A stretch of 45,337 nt of DNA from a virus (lineage: Duplodnaviria; Caudoviricetes). The stretch spans positions 1-45,337 of the IMG/VR virus record IMGVR_UViG_3300017553_000155; one strand, 5' to 3'. Below are positions 17,740 through 27,633 of the stretch, one piece after another. Under the pieces are notes generated by a model. It did not search any database and was not told the origin of the DNA. It saw only the letters and a list, made by a program, of their open reading frames with translations. The position numbers and the translations under genes were made by a program. Positions within the stretch are counted from its first letter, which is position 1, and every line of letters begins with the position of its first letter.

Positions 17740-18144
17740 TTACATTCCGAAGAAATGAGGAAGTGATTTAGCTGTGCCGCCCAGCAATGACGTGATTGCA
17801 GAGTTGCGGAACGTCTTTGCATCCCGCTCGCTTTGGTCAGCCTGTATTCGTCGGCTTGCAACATCGCGCGTGCGGTTCTGATCGCTGACGCGCCTGTTTT
17901 CTGCTTCTATAGCCTGCCCTGTAGGACTATCAGCCGCCACACCAGTTCCGGCACGAATTGCACGGATATTGTTGATGGTTGAGTTCAGCTCATCGCGATA
18001 GCCAGCATCGATCTGATTAGCTTGAATGCGGCCCGTCGTTGCTGCGTTCTTTGCCTGTTGCGCTTGTTGGCCGTAACCAATTGCGCCGCCAACGCCAGAA
18101 AGGAGCAACGACCCACCGGTGAGCAGTGAAGCAGGATCGGCCAT
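17740..18144 (-). CDS. Small internal virion protein (T7 gp14-like position)
   Basis: Gly/Ala-rich hydrophobic N-terminus; directly after tail tube B. Confidence 0.65.
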   Translation of the reverse strand: MADPASLLTGGSLLLSGVGGAIGYGQQAQQAKNAATTGRIQANQIDAGYRDELNSTINNIRAIRAGTGVAADSPTGQAIEAENRRVSDQNRTRDVASRRIQADQSERDAKTFRNSAITSLLGGTAKSLPHFFGM

Positions 18145-20255
18145 CAGATCGTAACCTCTGTCGTGAGTTCCAACATCTTGAAACGACCGGGTATTGTTTT
18201 GCTGATCGTATATTCGGGGTCATGAGAGCGCCCGATCTCGCGATAAGTGAAAACGCCCGTGCGTTTCGGCATAGGCTGAGATGTATCCTCACCGCCAAGC
18301 CACGTGCAAAGCACCTTGTTTCCGACCTTAAATTCCTGACAGTCGCGCACCTTCAAATTGACCTTACCGATCTTGCGGCGGCGCTGGCGCTGCCCGAAAG
18401 CTTCTCCGCCTTCGAAGTCCGCCAGATTAGGTTGGAAATACCAATCAAATTCCTTGCCAACGATAATCTGCGTATACCCAGACACATCCACAGTATTACC
18501 GGGACCAACTACAAAATTACCAAGAAAAAAGCCGTCAGCCATAACCTGCACAGTCTCACCTACGGGAAAAGGTAATGTGCCTGAGCCACCGTAAATGACA
18601 CTGCAATCTAGCTCGCGATCAACATCAATCCGTTCGGCAACAAACAACGGCGTGCCTATGGTGTTATACCGAGTGGAGAAAATTACGTCTCCAAATCGAG
18701 CAGAAACGGAATTTACGATGCCTGTGCCACCCCAGAGACGCCAGCCAACAAATTCCCTGTCACTGGAGTATTGACCAACAACAACTGAGCCATCCGCATT
18801 CACCACGAAGATCTGTCGTGCTGCATTTTTAGGAGTACCGTAATTGCTGGTCAGGCTTCTTACGTCATTGAAAAGGTGGCGATGAAATTGAGAGATTTCA
18901 GTTGCCACATACGGGCGTGCAGTCTGTCCAGTTGCGGTGATGGCATAGATACCAGTTAGGGATTCATCTACAAAGAGAACGCCCTCTGTCACTTCGACAG
19001 GCTTCACATTTGCAACTTCGCCCGAATACAGGCGGCGAAATTCTACGGACCCCGGCGTCAACGGATTTTCTGATGAAATCGGAATGTAAAAAACCCCGAT
19101 GTCAGTGATCGCAAATTCGTCGTAACCGCCAACAACATGAAATACCTGACAATCCGCATCGATCAATTCGAAGATTGCGCCTGTCGCGTCTGCGTTAACT
19201 TGAAGGTCAAATGGATCTGATATTGCTGACCAAACTATGGCCTGTTTTAACTGTGGGAAATTGCTGAATATAACGCGCTGACCATCTTTTGAAACAGATT
19301 GCGGCCATCCACGAGCGGGCGACATAAACTGTTCATCCCACTGTGTAGTTGCTGCGGATGCTACGATCGCCAGACCCGCTCCCTCAATTTTTGCGTCGCT
19401 ACTCGGCCCTACAAGACGATCCTCGGAATCGATATTGCGAAACCTGTTCAGAATAACGATGGTGACCGTATTTGCACCCAGATCACGAGCAACAACTTCT
19501 CCTTCAATCCCGGAAACCGTCGTCTGAACAATCTGGCCAATTTCAAATGTGACTGCAGATTCAGATAAAGGCAATCGAAGCGTCGGGTTCAAGGCCTGAA
19601 GACATGTGGCGTTTGCTGTCGTCGAAGAAGTGACAGAGGTAATGCGCACTTGCTTGCCAGCGTAACGAAACACCGATCCGACATGAGATGATGTTATAAC
19701 AGATGCTGAGAAAGTAACGGTTATGTTTCCGGTCGTTCCACTTGGCAGCATCGTCACACCATAATCGGAAAACCTATAGAATGGCGTATGTACCAAGCTA
19801 TCTATTCCAACTCGGAAATCAAAATTCCGAATTGACCATGCCGACGTGTTTTTATTGATCTCAATTATCTGGGGGCGCATGCCGGGACCAGTGACAAGAA
19901 TGATATTATCATTCGATGTCCACACCAGATCTTCAAGAATAGCGGAAGTCCACGGCGCCGTTAGCGTTGCAACTACTGCACCGGATTCGCTGCGGACAGT
20001 GGCGCGCTGATGTGCAAAAGTGACGGAATGACGGACACTAGGCAGTAACCGAAAATCATCACGAACGCCTTCATCCTGATACAGATAGCGGCGGCCATAA
20101 CGGTTCTCGATTGCACCTGTCCTAAGAGACTGCATATTGAGCGACTTGCGTTCGCCATACTTAAATACGTCCGTATCGTCCCGGCGCTCTCCATCTGGGT
20201 CTATTTCCCCAGCCGACCAATCGCGTTGACGAATAATCTGTTTTGAGATGCTCAT
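18144..20255 (-). CDS. Tail tubular protein B / nozzle
   Basis: N-terminal WSAGEIDP, GWPQSV motif, size and synteny. Confidence 0.8.
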   Translation of the reverse strand: MSISKQIIRQRDWSAGEIDPDGERRDDTDVFKYGERKSLNMQSLRTGAIENRYGRRYLYQDEGVRDDFRLLPSVRHSVTFAHQRATVRSESGAVVATLTAPWTSAILEDLVWTSNDNIILVTGPGMRPQIIEINKNTSAWSIRNFDFRVGIDSLVHTPFYRFSDYGVTMLPSGTTGNITVTFSASVITSSHVGSVFRYAGKQVRITSVTSSTTANATCLQALNPTLRLPLSESAVTFEIGQIVQTTVSGIEGEVVARDLGANTVTIVILNRFRNIDSEDRLVGPSSDAKIEGAGLAIVASAATTQWDEQFMSPARGWPQSVSKDGQRVIFSNFPQLKQAIVWSAISDPFDLQVNADATGAIFELIDADCQVFHVVGGYDEFAITDIGVFYIPISSENPLTPGSVEFRRLYSGEVANVKPVEVTEGVLFVDESLTGIYAITATGQTARPYVATEISQFHRHLFNDVRSLTSNYGTPKNAARQIFVVNADGSVVVGQYSSDREFVGWRLWGGTGIVNSVSARFGDVIFSTRYNTIGTPLFVAERIDVDRELDCSVIYGGSGTLPFPVGETVQVMADGFFLGNFVVGPGNTVDVSGYTQIIVGKEFDWYFQPNLADFEGGEAFGQRQRRRKIGKVNLKVRDCQEFKVGNKVLCTWLGGEDTSQPMPKRTGVFTYREIGRSHDPEYTISKTIPGRFKMLELTTEVTI

Positions 20256-20842
20256 ACGCGCCTCGTGCGCCGGGCTGCGGCCACCTTTGAACGATACATG
20301 TTACGGGCTGGGTTTTGCTGATCGAGGTGAGGGCGCGCCATCATGAGCCAATTGTCAGCACGATCTTCGCGATTGTCAGCCTCTTTGAAATCCTCGTTAA
20401 GACCGCGAAGAATACCGGCTTCGACACGCAAGGTCAGGATTTGTTCAGCCATTGGGTGCCAGATTGCACCGGGAGCTTCACGAACAACTTTGGCATAGAT
20501 GTCGTCCGAATACCGGCAGCTTAAAATGAAGCCCATGATTTCGTAATCGACGAGCAAAGCATTCTGATAGTAGATTTCTTTGACGTGCAAAACCTGTGGC
20601 GGTGCGGGGATACGGAAGGCATTCTCTGGGAAATTTCGGGATTTATTTTCCTCATCCGGGGCGCGCACAAGCTTTTCAACTGTGGTTGCAAACGGCCATG
20701 TGTGCATTGACGACAGCAATTTGATGGAGGCATCAAATGCGGTATCAGCGACAACATACTCATCCGACCCCTCGTAAAGTGTATTCACGCGGTTATTGCC
20801 GGTATTAATGAGCGCATTCTGGAGCACGGTTAACTTATCCAT
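20252..20842 (-). CDS. Tail tubular protein A / adaptor
   Basis: MDKLTVLQNALINTG...HTWPFAT; ATG 20842 preferred over the ORF-track start. Confidence 0.8.
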   Translation of the reverse strand: MDKLTVLQNALINTGNNRVNTLYEGSDEYVVADTAFDASIKLLSSMHTWPFATTVEKLVRAPDEENKSRNFPENAFRIPAPPQVLHVKEIYYQNALLVDYEIMGFILSCRYSDDIYAKVVREAPGAIWHPMAEQILTLRVEAGILRGLNEDFKEADNREDRADNWLMMARPHLDQQNPARNMYRSKVAAARRTRRV

Positions 20843-20848
20843 GCACCG

Positions 20849-20885
20849 AATTTGGCGGAGGAAACGAAGACCAGCAAAGCACAGG
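20849..20885 (-). promoter_or_regulatory. Putative late promoter, leaderless tail-tube-A mRNA
   Basis: CCTGTGCT-TTGCTG-N17-CAAATT-N6-ATG, just downstream of a terminator. Confidence 0.7.
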
Positions 20886-20894
20886 GCCAGACGC

Positions 20895-20924
20895 AAAAAG
20901 ACCGGAGGCGATTAACCCCCGGTC
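20895..20924 (-). terminator. Rho-independent terminator after the head genes
   Basis: GACCGGGGG-ttaatcg-CCTCCGGTC followed by TTTTT. Confidence 0.75.
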
Positions 20925-20967
20925 CCTCTGTGCAACGCGTGCCGCGATGGTAAAAAGCCGCGTTGCG

Positions 20968-21270
20968 TCAGCTCTTGGTCTGTTCTGTTTTGGCCTTTAA
21001 TTCAGCATCCGCTTTAGCGCGAGCCTCAGCTTCTTCCTTAGCTTCAGCCTCAGCTTTTGCCTTGGCTTCGGCTTCTAATTTGGCTTTAGCGTCGGCTTCC
21101 GCTTTCGCCTTGGCAGCAGCGTCGTCGTCAGTTTTTTGCTTTGATGCCTTGGCCCAAGGCTGATCGCTCCATTCGTCGCCGTGATCGCGAAGTGCGCGAT
21201 TGGCATCGATAGCAGCCAACGTGTAAGCTTTGCCGTCGCCTTTGAAATAGATGGTTCTGATTTCTGGCAT
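20968..21270 (-). CDS. Hypothetical head-region protein with Ala/Lys/Glu repeats
   Basis: AKAKAEA-type repeats; GAGGAG RBS. Confidence 0.7.
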   Translation of the reverse strand: MPEIRTIYFKGDGKAYTLAAIDANRALRDHGDEWSDQPWAKASKQKTDDDAAAKAKAEADAKAKLEAEAKAKAEAEAKEEAEARAKADAELKAKTEQTKS

Positions 21271-21287
21271 TCTCGTATCTCCTCAGA

Positions 21288-21309
21288 GAAAGGGCGCTCG
21301 AAGCGCCCC
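21288..21309 (-). terminator. Terminator-like hairpin after the cement gene
   Basis: GGGCGC-TTCGA-GCGCCC followed by TTTCTCT. Confidence 0.55.
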
Positions 21310-21313
21310 TCTG

Positions 21314-21748
21314 TTAATACTTAGTGGAAGCCCACGCCTTGAAGTTGACGGATGGCGTCGTGCCGGTCACGTCTGTGAAGACACGGACGTAATCGTAAAC
21401 GACATCGTTCACTTCTGTAGTGAATGGGACTTCATAGCGACCAATCGTCGATGTGATTGCGCCGCCTGCACGAACCGCCGTATTGCCAAGGTCAAGAACT
21501 GCAAGGTTCTGTTTGGCACCAGAGAAGTCAGCAGTGTTGCTGCCCTGAATGACGATATTGTATGCATTGTCAGCGCCGACTGTGATTGCGGATACGTCGA
21601 TCAGCATCACAGCTTCGAAACGACCGGCTCCAGTCTTGATGATCTTTGCCGATCCGCCAACAGTTGCAGCACCGTCTGCGGTTACTGCGCCTGCATCCTT
21701 GAAAATTAGTTCAAGGTCCTGATTATAAATCCGCTGGCCCATAGCCAT
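21314..21748 (-). CDS. Capsid cement/decoration protein (Bbp16-like)
   Basis: All-beta-like 144 aa protein right after the major capsid gene. Confidence 0.6.
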   Translation of the reverse strand: MAMGQRIYNQDLELIFKDAGAVTADGAATVGGSAKIIKTGAGRFEAVMLIDVSAITVGADNAYNIVIQGSNTADFSGAKQNLAVLDLGNTAVRAGGAITSTIGRYEVPFTTEVNDVVYDYVRVFTDVTGTTPSVNFKAWASTKY

Positions 21749-21805
21749 CTCCTGTCAGTGTTGGCCGGATTGCTGCCCGGCCATGTTCACAAAAGTCGGT
21801 CCGCC

Positions 21806-22747
21806 TTACTTGACGATGGCCGCGTTAGTAATCGAGTCCAGTGCCGTCAGGCAGAAGTCGCTGTCATCGACAATGCCGACATCCCACGAAACGTTCGTGC
21901 CGTAGAACACGTTGTCTGGGTTCAGCAGTCCGAGATCTTCCGCCGCGATATCCATCAACTGAATGCCGTGAAGACCTTCTTCGGTGAAGGAAACGATGAA
22001 GATCGAGGAAGTCTGAGCAGCGCCGCCACCAGCACCAACTTCGTTGAATGGCAGAATTTCACTGTGACGATCCTTTGGATAACCAGTCAGGATCGGCAGA
22101 TCGTTGTAGCTGGTTACTGGATGGCCCATGCTGTCGCGAGACTGAGCGATGAAGCCGCCAAGCGTGGTGTCACGCATCGCACCGATAAACCGGCGCTTCA
22201 GAGCGCGGTTCATGATGATGTGCGTGGCATTTGCGGTGTTGTCGATTGCTTCATCAAGAGCAGCAAGCGAAAGAGCGGCACCACCCGAAGTCGTGGAATT
22301 ACGAATACGGCGACCATTGGCAACGGTTGCGCGTGCCTTGATCCCGTTGAATTCCTTCGGGTTCGACTTGTTGTCACCATTGATGAAGGTGTCAGTGAAC
22401 AATGTCGACTGGCGCTTCATCTGCATGGATTCTTCACGCGCACGGCGTTCAGGACCATGGCGGCGGATGATCGCCTTATCGACCTTCAGAATGGTGTCGA
22501 TAGGAAAGCTGGTTTCCTGAAATGGTGCGATCTTGCCCTGAGATTCGCTTGCGCCTTCGTTAATCGCACGGAACTGCGCTGTACCGATGTCGGTTTCGCG
22601 ATAGCCCTCATACGAACCTCCGGAAAAACCGGAAAACGGTAGCGCTTGGAGAATGTCAGAGTGTTCGGCAAAGGTCTCGATGAGCGGACGCTCGATGCTG
22701 CTCTTTTCGAGACCCTTTGCATATTCCGGAAGGGTAATGGCTGTCAT
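21806..22747 (-). CDS. Major capsid protein
   Basis: ILQALPF, FINGD...PKEFNGI motifs; follows the scaffold; GAGGA RBS. Confidence 0.85.
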   Translation of the reverse strand: MTAITLPEYAKGLEKSSIERPLIETFAEHSDILQALPFSGFSGGSYEGYRETDIGTAQFRAINEGASESQGKIAPFQETSFPIDTILKVDKAIIRRHGPERRAREESMQMKRQSTLFTDTFINGDNKSNPKEFNGIKARATVANGRRIRNSTTSGGAALSLAALDEAIDNTANATHIIMNRALKRRFIGAMRDTTLGGFIAQSRDSMGHPVTSYNDLPILTGYPKDRHSEILPFNEVGAGGGAAQTSSIFIVSFTEEGLHGIQLMDIAAEDLGLLNPDNVFYGTNVSWDVGIVDDSDFCLTALDSITNAAIVK

Positions 22748-22770
22748 TGGTGTATTTCCTCAGCAATCGG

Positions 22771-23664
22771 TCAGCGCGTACGGGGCATTATTCCGCGTGC
22801 GTAATTGATCCGTTCGGTTGTCGAAAGTTTCTGATATTCTTCTTCAGAAAGTTCTGCGGGCTTGGCATCGCGGCCAGCGCCGGGATTGCCCGGCACGTCT
22901 CCTCGAACAAGGCGTTGAATTGCCTCGAAAGCTTCAACCTGTTTGGCCGTGAACATCATGCCGCGAAGTGATCCGGCGAGTTCGGAGCCAATCTTGGCAT
23001 CCAAAAAGGTTGTGACTGCGGTAACGCGGTCTTTTGCACGGGAACCAAGTTTGTCACGCTCACCGGCGGCGGCTTCCGCCATTTCCTTGCCCTGAGCGAT
23101 GTCCATCTCGATACCCATTGCGAGTACCTGTTCAAAATCAGCTTGTGACCACTGTTTTGAATGGGCGACTTCACGCAGCAAAGAAATTCGGGGGTCGTTG
23201 GTGTCGAGAGCAAATTCGCCTTCTTTCACGCCTTCAGGAAGTTCGAATGTTGCCGGGAGCTTGGCTTCGTACTTGTCAGCGCTGTCCGGCACTTGTGCGA
23301 GTGCGGCATCGCGATCAGCTTTGAATGCAACAAGATCGTTGTAATCCTGAGCTTTGAACCCTGTCGCTTCATCCCAAAGAGATTCAGGCAGATAGTCGGG
23401 ACGAACCGGCCTTTCAGGCTCACCACTTGGAGCAGCAGGCACAGCGGGTTCCGCGGCCGGAGCTTCACCAGATGGTGCTGCGGCAGGAGCTGGAGCGGCA
23501 GGTGCCGCTGGCGCATCACCTTCAGGTGCAAAAAATGGCTTAGGACCGGGCATAGTCGCGCCCCATGCAGCACTACCGGCCAGCCGGGCCGTGCCGCCTG
23601 CTCGTGCGCTTGACTGGAACTGTTTTGTTGCCGCTTCTTCGTTCATTGTCAGTTTCAGGTCCAT
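22771..23664 (-). CDS. Capsid scaffolding/assembly protein
   Basis: Pro/Ala-rich N-terminus, RPDYLPESLWD motif; between portal and capsid. Confidence 0.75.
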   Translation of the reverse strand: MDLKLTMNEEAATKQFQSSARAGGTARLAGSAAWGATMPGPKPFFAPEGDAPAAPAAPAPAAAPSGEAPAAEPAVPAAPSGEPERPVRPDYLPESLWDEATGFKAQDYNDLVAFKADRDAALAQVPDSADKYEAKLPATFELPEGVKEGEFALDTNDPRISLLREVAHSKQWSQADFEQVLAMGIEMDIAQGKEMAEAAAGERDKLGSRAKDRVTAVTTFLDAKIGSELAGSLRGMMFTAKQVEAFEAIQRLVRGDVPGNPGAGRDAKPAELSEEEYQKLSTTERINYARGIMPRTR

Positions 23665-23872
23665 CGCTACCCAATCCCTTCATTCCTGCTGTGATTAAAT
23701 CTGACGCGAATGTGCGGCGACCGTTATGAGCGTGCAAAGCACAGGTCTCAGGCGGGCCGACTTCTTCGAGCGTCGATTGCAGAAATTCGAGGAATGCGCG
23801 GGATTCTCGCTGTTTGAAAATCCATTGAACGGATTGCAAAACATCTTCTTCGGTGAGACTACGCCGCGCCAT
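23573..23872 (-). CDS. Bbp19-like small protein
   Basis: About 100 aa between portal and scaffold, with a HNGRR motif. Confidence 0.55.
   Translation of the reverse strand: MARRSLTEEDVLQSVQWIFKQRESRAFLEFLQSTLEEVGPPETCALHAHNGRRTFASDLITAGMKGLGSDGPETDNERRSGNKTVPVKRTSRRHGPAGR
23709..23745 (-). promoter_or_regulatory. Putative late promoter for scaffold/capsid (inside the Bbp19-like CDS)
   Basis: CCTGTGCT-TTGCAC-N17-CACATT. Confidence 0.65.
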
Positions 23873-25457
23873 TGTCGCCACCTTCACCACCGGCACCGGA
23901 GGCCTGTGTCAAAATCTGTTGCACCAACTGCGCCGCTTCAGCAGGATCGCGCATGGCGATGACATCATCTTTGCTTAGGCGCTTCATGTTCTGGATGGTT
24001 GTCATCTCGTCGATGGCAGCTTGTGAAGTCATCGGGAAATATCCCTTGATGGCATTGAGCAAATTGCCAGCGGTTTGAAGCTTTTGCGCGTCTTGTGCCT
24101 GTGTCGCCGGGTTGTTCGGCGTGATCGTGATCTTGTTGCCGTTGATTTCAAGCGGGGCAAGTTTGCCATCGGCAGTCAGCAGATATTCGAAGCGGCGAAA
24201 AATCTCATACGGACCCTCGCGCCAGAACTTTAGACCCGGAGTCCCTATACGGCGTTGCGAGCGCACCATTTCATCCATCCACTGTGTTGCAGATGGTGGC
24301 GTATCTCCGCGCTGTTCGGGATAATCCGCAAAGAACTTGCGGCGGACTTTCTTTTCCAGATCGGCCACGGTGTAGAAACCGAGATCAGCATCACCACCAA
24401 AATACAGCCGCTCAATCTCACCGCGCGCACCGGGACGCTTTGGATAGCCTTTGCCGGATTCTAAGCCGCCCTCAAAATTCATGATCCCATCGTCGGGATA
24501 AGCGAATGGCGGCATCAAAGCCAAATCGACGTGATCTTGTGTCGCCGCCGTGATGACATCGAGGACACGGAACTCCTGCAATGATTTGATTGCGGGACCA
24601 TTGCCCCATGCATGCAGTTTGTCAGGAGAAATACGACCGATGATCAATGGCACAGAACCAAGACCGTGTAAGGTGGTGCTGTGAACGATCTTCTTATCGA
24701 CGAGGACCACATGGATAAAATCATCGTCGTGTTGCTTTGACCAATCGCGCCAAAAGCCCCAGACAACCTCGATCTTTGTTTTTGATGCCTGTGTAATCTT
24801 GCGTTCGACATCAGGTGGCAATTTTGTGGTTGGAAGAACAGCCCGGATTTTCCCGGCTTCAACATGGCGCACACGAAAGCGATCATCGATCTCACCTTTC
24901 GGGCCAACGTTAAATTCCAGTTCTCGTGTCGGAACGTGCTCGACCTCATAAGGTCGACCGGCACCGGGAGCATCGACCCACCAAGCAACGGTTCCAAGAG
25001 AAGCATCTGGATCAAGCGAGGTTGCTAATTCTGCATTGAAATTAGAGGCATTGATTGCCGCGAAAATCTTGGCGTCATACAGTGGAAGTTCATCTTTGAG
25101 ATCGGCCATCTCTGCCGATCCTTCCTCAAGCCCTTCAAGAACTGCAGTATCGGCACTACTCTGCGCCCACGGAACATTCTGCGGGAAAAATGCTGAAATC
25201 ACTTCTGTCGCAAAATCTTCGCTGACTTCTGGACCGATACCAGTCGCCAGATCGTCAACATCCTCGACTTTACGAGCCGGGGCAGAACGTGACGAAACCT
25301 GACGAGATAGGCGGGGCCGAGTGAAGAAATAGGATTCCTGCAAATCCTTCTCGACCAAATCTTTCTGACCGCGAGCGCTTTGAAGTCGTGATAAACCATC
25401 ACGCTCAAGGTCTTTGAGCGCCTTCTGGTTTTCATCCTTTGTGGGCTTTTTCGCCAT
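23859..25457 (-). CDS. Portal / head-tail connector
   Basis: Podovirus connector motifs (WGNGPA, PPSATQW, IFRRF); about 532 aa. Confidence 0.88.
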   Translation of the reverse strand: MAKKPTKDENQKALKDLERDGLSRLQSARGQKDLVEKDLQESYFFTRPRLSRQVSSRSAPARKVEDVDDLATGIGPEVSEDFATEVISAFFPQNVPWAQSSADTAVLEGLEEGSAEMADLKDELPLYDAKIFAAINASNFNAELATSLDPDASLGTVAWWVDAPGAGRPYEVEHVPTRELEFNVGPKGEIDDRFRVRHVEAGKIRAVLPTTKLPPDVERKITQASKTKIEVVWGFWRDWSKQHDDDFIHVVLVDKKIVHSTTLHGLGSVPLIIGRISPDKLHAWGNGPAIKSLQEFRVLDVITAATQDHVDLALMPPFAYPDDGIMNFEGGLESGKGYPKRPGARGEIERLYFGGDADLGFYTVADLEKKVRRKFFADYPEQRGDTPPSATQWMDEMVRSQRRIGTPGLKFWREGPYEIFRRFEYLLTADGKLAPLEINGNKITITPNNPATQAQDAQKLQTAGNLLNAIKGYFPMTSQAAIDEMTTIQNMKRLSKDDVIAMRDPAEAAQLVQQILTQASGAGGEGGDNGAA

Positions 25458-25462
25458 GTCGA

Positions 25463-25615
25463 TCAACGCATGATCGGGGCGGACGCACTACGATTGCCAT
25501 AACGGCGCATCGAGTCATTGGTCCGGCGAGTTACGTCCTGTTGAATGGCTTCAACCTGCTCAAGTCGCGATTGTTCTTCCTGAGCTTTCAGTGCCGGGTC
25601 TTCTTTGGGTTTCAT
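25463..25615 (-). CDS. Small virion-associated protein (50 aa; not in the ORF track)
   Basis: MKPKEDPALKAQEEQSRLEQVEAIQQDVTRRTNDSMRRYGNRSASAPIMR, directly before the portal and downstream of a late box. Confidence 0.6.
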   Translation of the reverse strand: MKPKEDPALKAQEEQSRLEQVEAIQQDVTRRTNDSMRRYGNRSASAPIMR

Positions 25616-26045
25616 CGAAATCATCCACTACGATTGTTCCACCGTTAGCGAGACAATGGCGAAGAAGGGTATCAGGGCGCAAAGCACAGGTGCGCAATCC
25701 GAGCAGATGAGCGACCGCAGTCACACACCACAATCCAAGTTTCAGCTTAACACCGACATCATCAGGATCAGGCGCAGGCATCCGCACGATTTTGCCAAGT
25801 TTCGAATAATGGGCGAGAAAAAGATTAGATTTTTCATCTGGTACCGTCAAAACGCGGGTTCTCGCGGTAAGAAAATCATAAAATACCCAATCGCCCGACC
25901 ATGGAACGCGGCCAAACGCCGAAACATGGCGATATCGCCCCCATGCGAGGAACCGGACCCAAGGCCGTACCGATTCCCGGTGAAAAACCACGAACCATTC
26001 AGCCGGTTCACACTCAGCAAGATTAAATCCGTCATCAGAAACCAC
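25560..26045 (-). CDS. Hypothetical protein, possible permuted papain-like (NlpC/P60) fold
   Basis: His (RHVSAF) precedes Cys (WCVTAVAHLLG); GTG start overlapping the terL end with a GAGG RBS. Confidence 0.5.
   Translation of the reverse strand: MVSDDGFNLAECEPAEWFVVFHRESVRPWVRFLAWGRYRHVSAFGRVPWSGDWVFYDFLTARTRVLTVPDEKSNLFLAHYSKLGKIVRMPAPDPDDVGVKLKLGLWCVTAVAHLLGLRTCALRPDTLLRHCLANGGTIVVDDFDETQRRPGTESSGRTIAT
25653..25690 (-). promoter_or_regulatory. Putative late promoter for the portal unit
   Basis: CCTGTGCT-TTGCGC-N18-CATTGT. Confidence 0.6.
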
Positions 26046-27633
26046 CGCGCCGCCTCGTTTTCTTTCGCATATCAGTTGAAACCGGCTGGCCAGAACCGCG
26101 ATGTTCTCGACCAACAGCCGCCCGACCTTCACCTGCACCGAGCATCATGTATTGCAGCGCATCCGCGATGTCGGAATAACGATCCTTTTCCGGGGTGTCC
26201 TTATGGTTAGCCGTGCCTTTGAGACGGGCGAAGTGATAACCACCGGCACAGGCAACTTTCAGCGTCCGGCAATTCGTGCCGCAAACCACAAAACGCGGCG
26301 AACCATTGACCATCGTAATCATCGCATGTTCGACGGCGTTGATACGGGTCTGGATGTGGTTGTTCTTTACCGGCGCCGGTTCGACCGGCATGCCCTCACT
26401 GCGGAAAATGTCATATGCCGTGTGCTCGTCGGCCTGCGTTCCGTCTGCTCCTTTCGGATCGCCATATATCTCGACCTGAAAACCGTCCGTCGATGTTGAT
26501 CGGTTTGACCCTCGAACCGGCGACCACTCACCGAGCCGTTGCGTCAGAAGCCGGGAAACCTGTGGTGCAAACAAAGACGCGCCAGCATCGCGCGCAGTCA
26601 GCTCTGCAAATATCCGCCAGCGGCCATTGACCAACTGCCCCGCAACCATCGCTGGATTGCGCCCAAAATCGAGACCGACATAAACCGGCCAGCCCGGAAT
26701 AGGATCGAGCGGCGTTTTCGATACATGCGTTTCTTCGCTGAACTGTTGCCAGACCGGTTTGCCATCGACAAACACAGTGATCTTGTTCAGCACACGGCTG
26801 TCGATCCACTGTTTCGACTTGCCCTTGATCTTTTCCTCGTAATATCCCGGCTTCAGCCAGCGGATATTTTCAGCGAGCGGGTTCATCTTGTAACCGGTCA
26901 GCGTACCGGACCCGTCACGTTCTTCCAGCATTGCCGGAGGCTGAACGAAATAGCCCCAATTATCAGGCTTGCGATATGAAAGCCGTTCTTCTTCGGTCCA
27001 GTTATCGGGAAGCGGGACTTCGCCCATCATGAGCGGTATCCAGTGATCCTCACGCGGCGCGTTCATGTCAGCAATCACGCCGTCCCATGTAGCGCCGCCA
27101 TCCTTCACCGCCGGATAGCGACCAGTTCGCGATTCCGCTTCGTCAACGATATCCTTGTCGATAAACTCAAGCTCGTTGAACCAGAAGCCGGTCACTTCAA
27201 ACGAGCGCATCTTGCGGACATCATCAGGGCTATCGAGCGCGATGAAGTAGATTTCCATGTCCATGTCACCGACACGGACCAAATGCCGAAACGGACGATC
27301 CCAATAAAAGCGGCCATACTGTTCTTCGGGCAGCCAATCGAGCCACGTTTTCACAGTTGTGTTTTTCAGATCAGGGAAGGTGTTGCGCACAACGCACCAT
27401 CTGGTGTGGCGCAATCCTGTATCTGGATTAACCCGCTGCTCCATCGAAATGGCCAGCATCTTCATGATAGACGCCGACGATGTGCCGGAACCAATCGAGC
27501 CGCGAACAACAGAAACGTGGGACCGGTCAGCGATATATTCCGCCAGAACCCGACCGCCTGGACGATAAATCTTGCGACCCTGTTCGTCGCGGTCAATTGT
27601 CGGGAGAGGGGCTTTTTCGATGATCTCGCTCAT
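26035..27633 (-). CDS. terL: Terminase large subunit
   Basis: VVRNTFPDLKNTT, Walker B-like FWFNE, nuclease VGLDFG and SDIADALQY; Walker A reads GSIGSGTS. Confidence 0.9.
   Translation of the reverse strand: MSEIIEKAPLPTIDRDEQGRKIYRPGGRVLAEYIADRSHVSVVRGSIGSGTSSASIMKMLAISMEQRVNPDTGLRHTRWCVVRNTFPDLKNTTVKTWLDWLPEEQYGRFYWDRPFRHLVRVGDMDMEIYFIALDSPDDVRKMRSFEVTGFWFNELEFIDKDIVDEAESRTGRYPAVKDGGATWDGVIADMNAPREDHWIPLMMGEVPLPDNWTEEERLSYRKPDNWGYFVQPPAMLEERDGSGTLTGYKMNPLAENIRWLKPGYYEEKIKGKSKQWIDSRVLNKITVFVDGKPVWQQFSEETHVSKTPLDPIPGWPVYVGLDFGRNPAMVAGQLVNGRWRIFAELTARDAGASLFAPQVSRLLTQRLGEWSPVRGSNRSTSTDGFQVEIYGDPKGADGTQADEHTAYDIFRSEGMPVEPAPVKNNHIQTRINAVEHAMITMVNGSPRFVVCGTNCRTLKVACAGGYHFARLKGTANHKDTPEKDRYSDIADALQYMMLGAGEGRAAVGREHRGSGQPVSTDMRKKTRRRGGF

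Noticed and set aside
20990-21130. Tandem DNA repeats or CRISPR-like array
   Set aside because: Degenerate codon repeats of an AKAKAEA protein segment; no constant repeat with unique spacers. No CRISPR array seen anywhere in the window.
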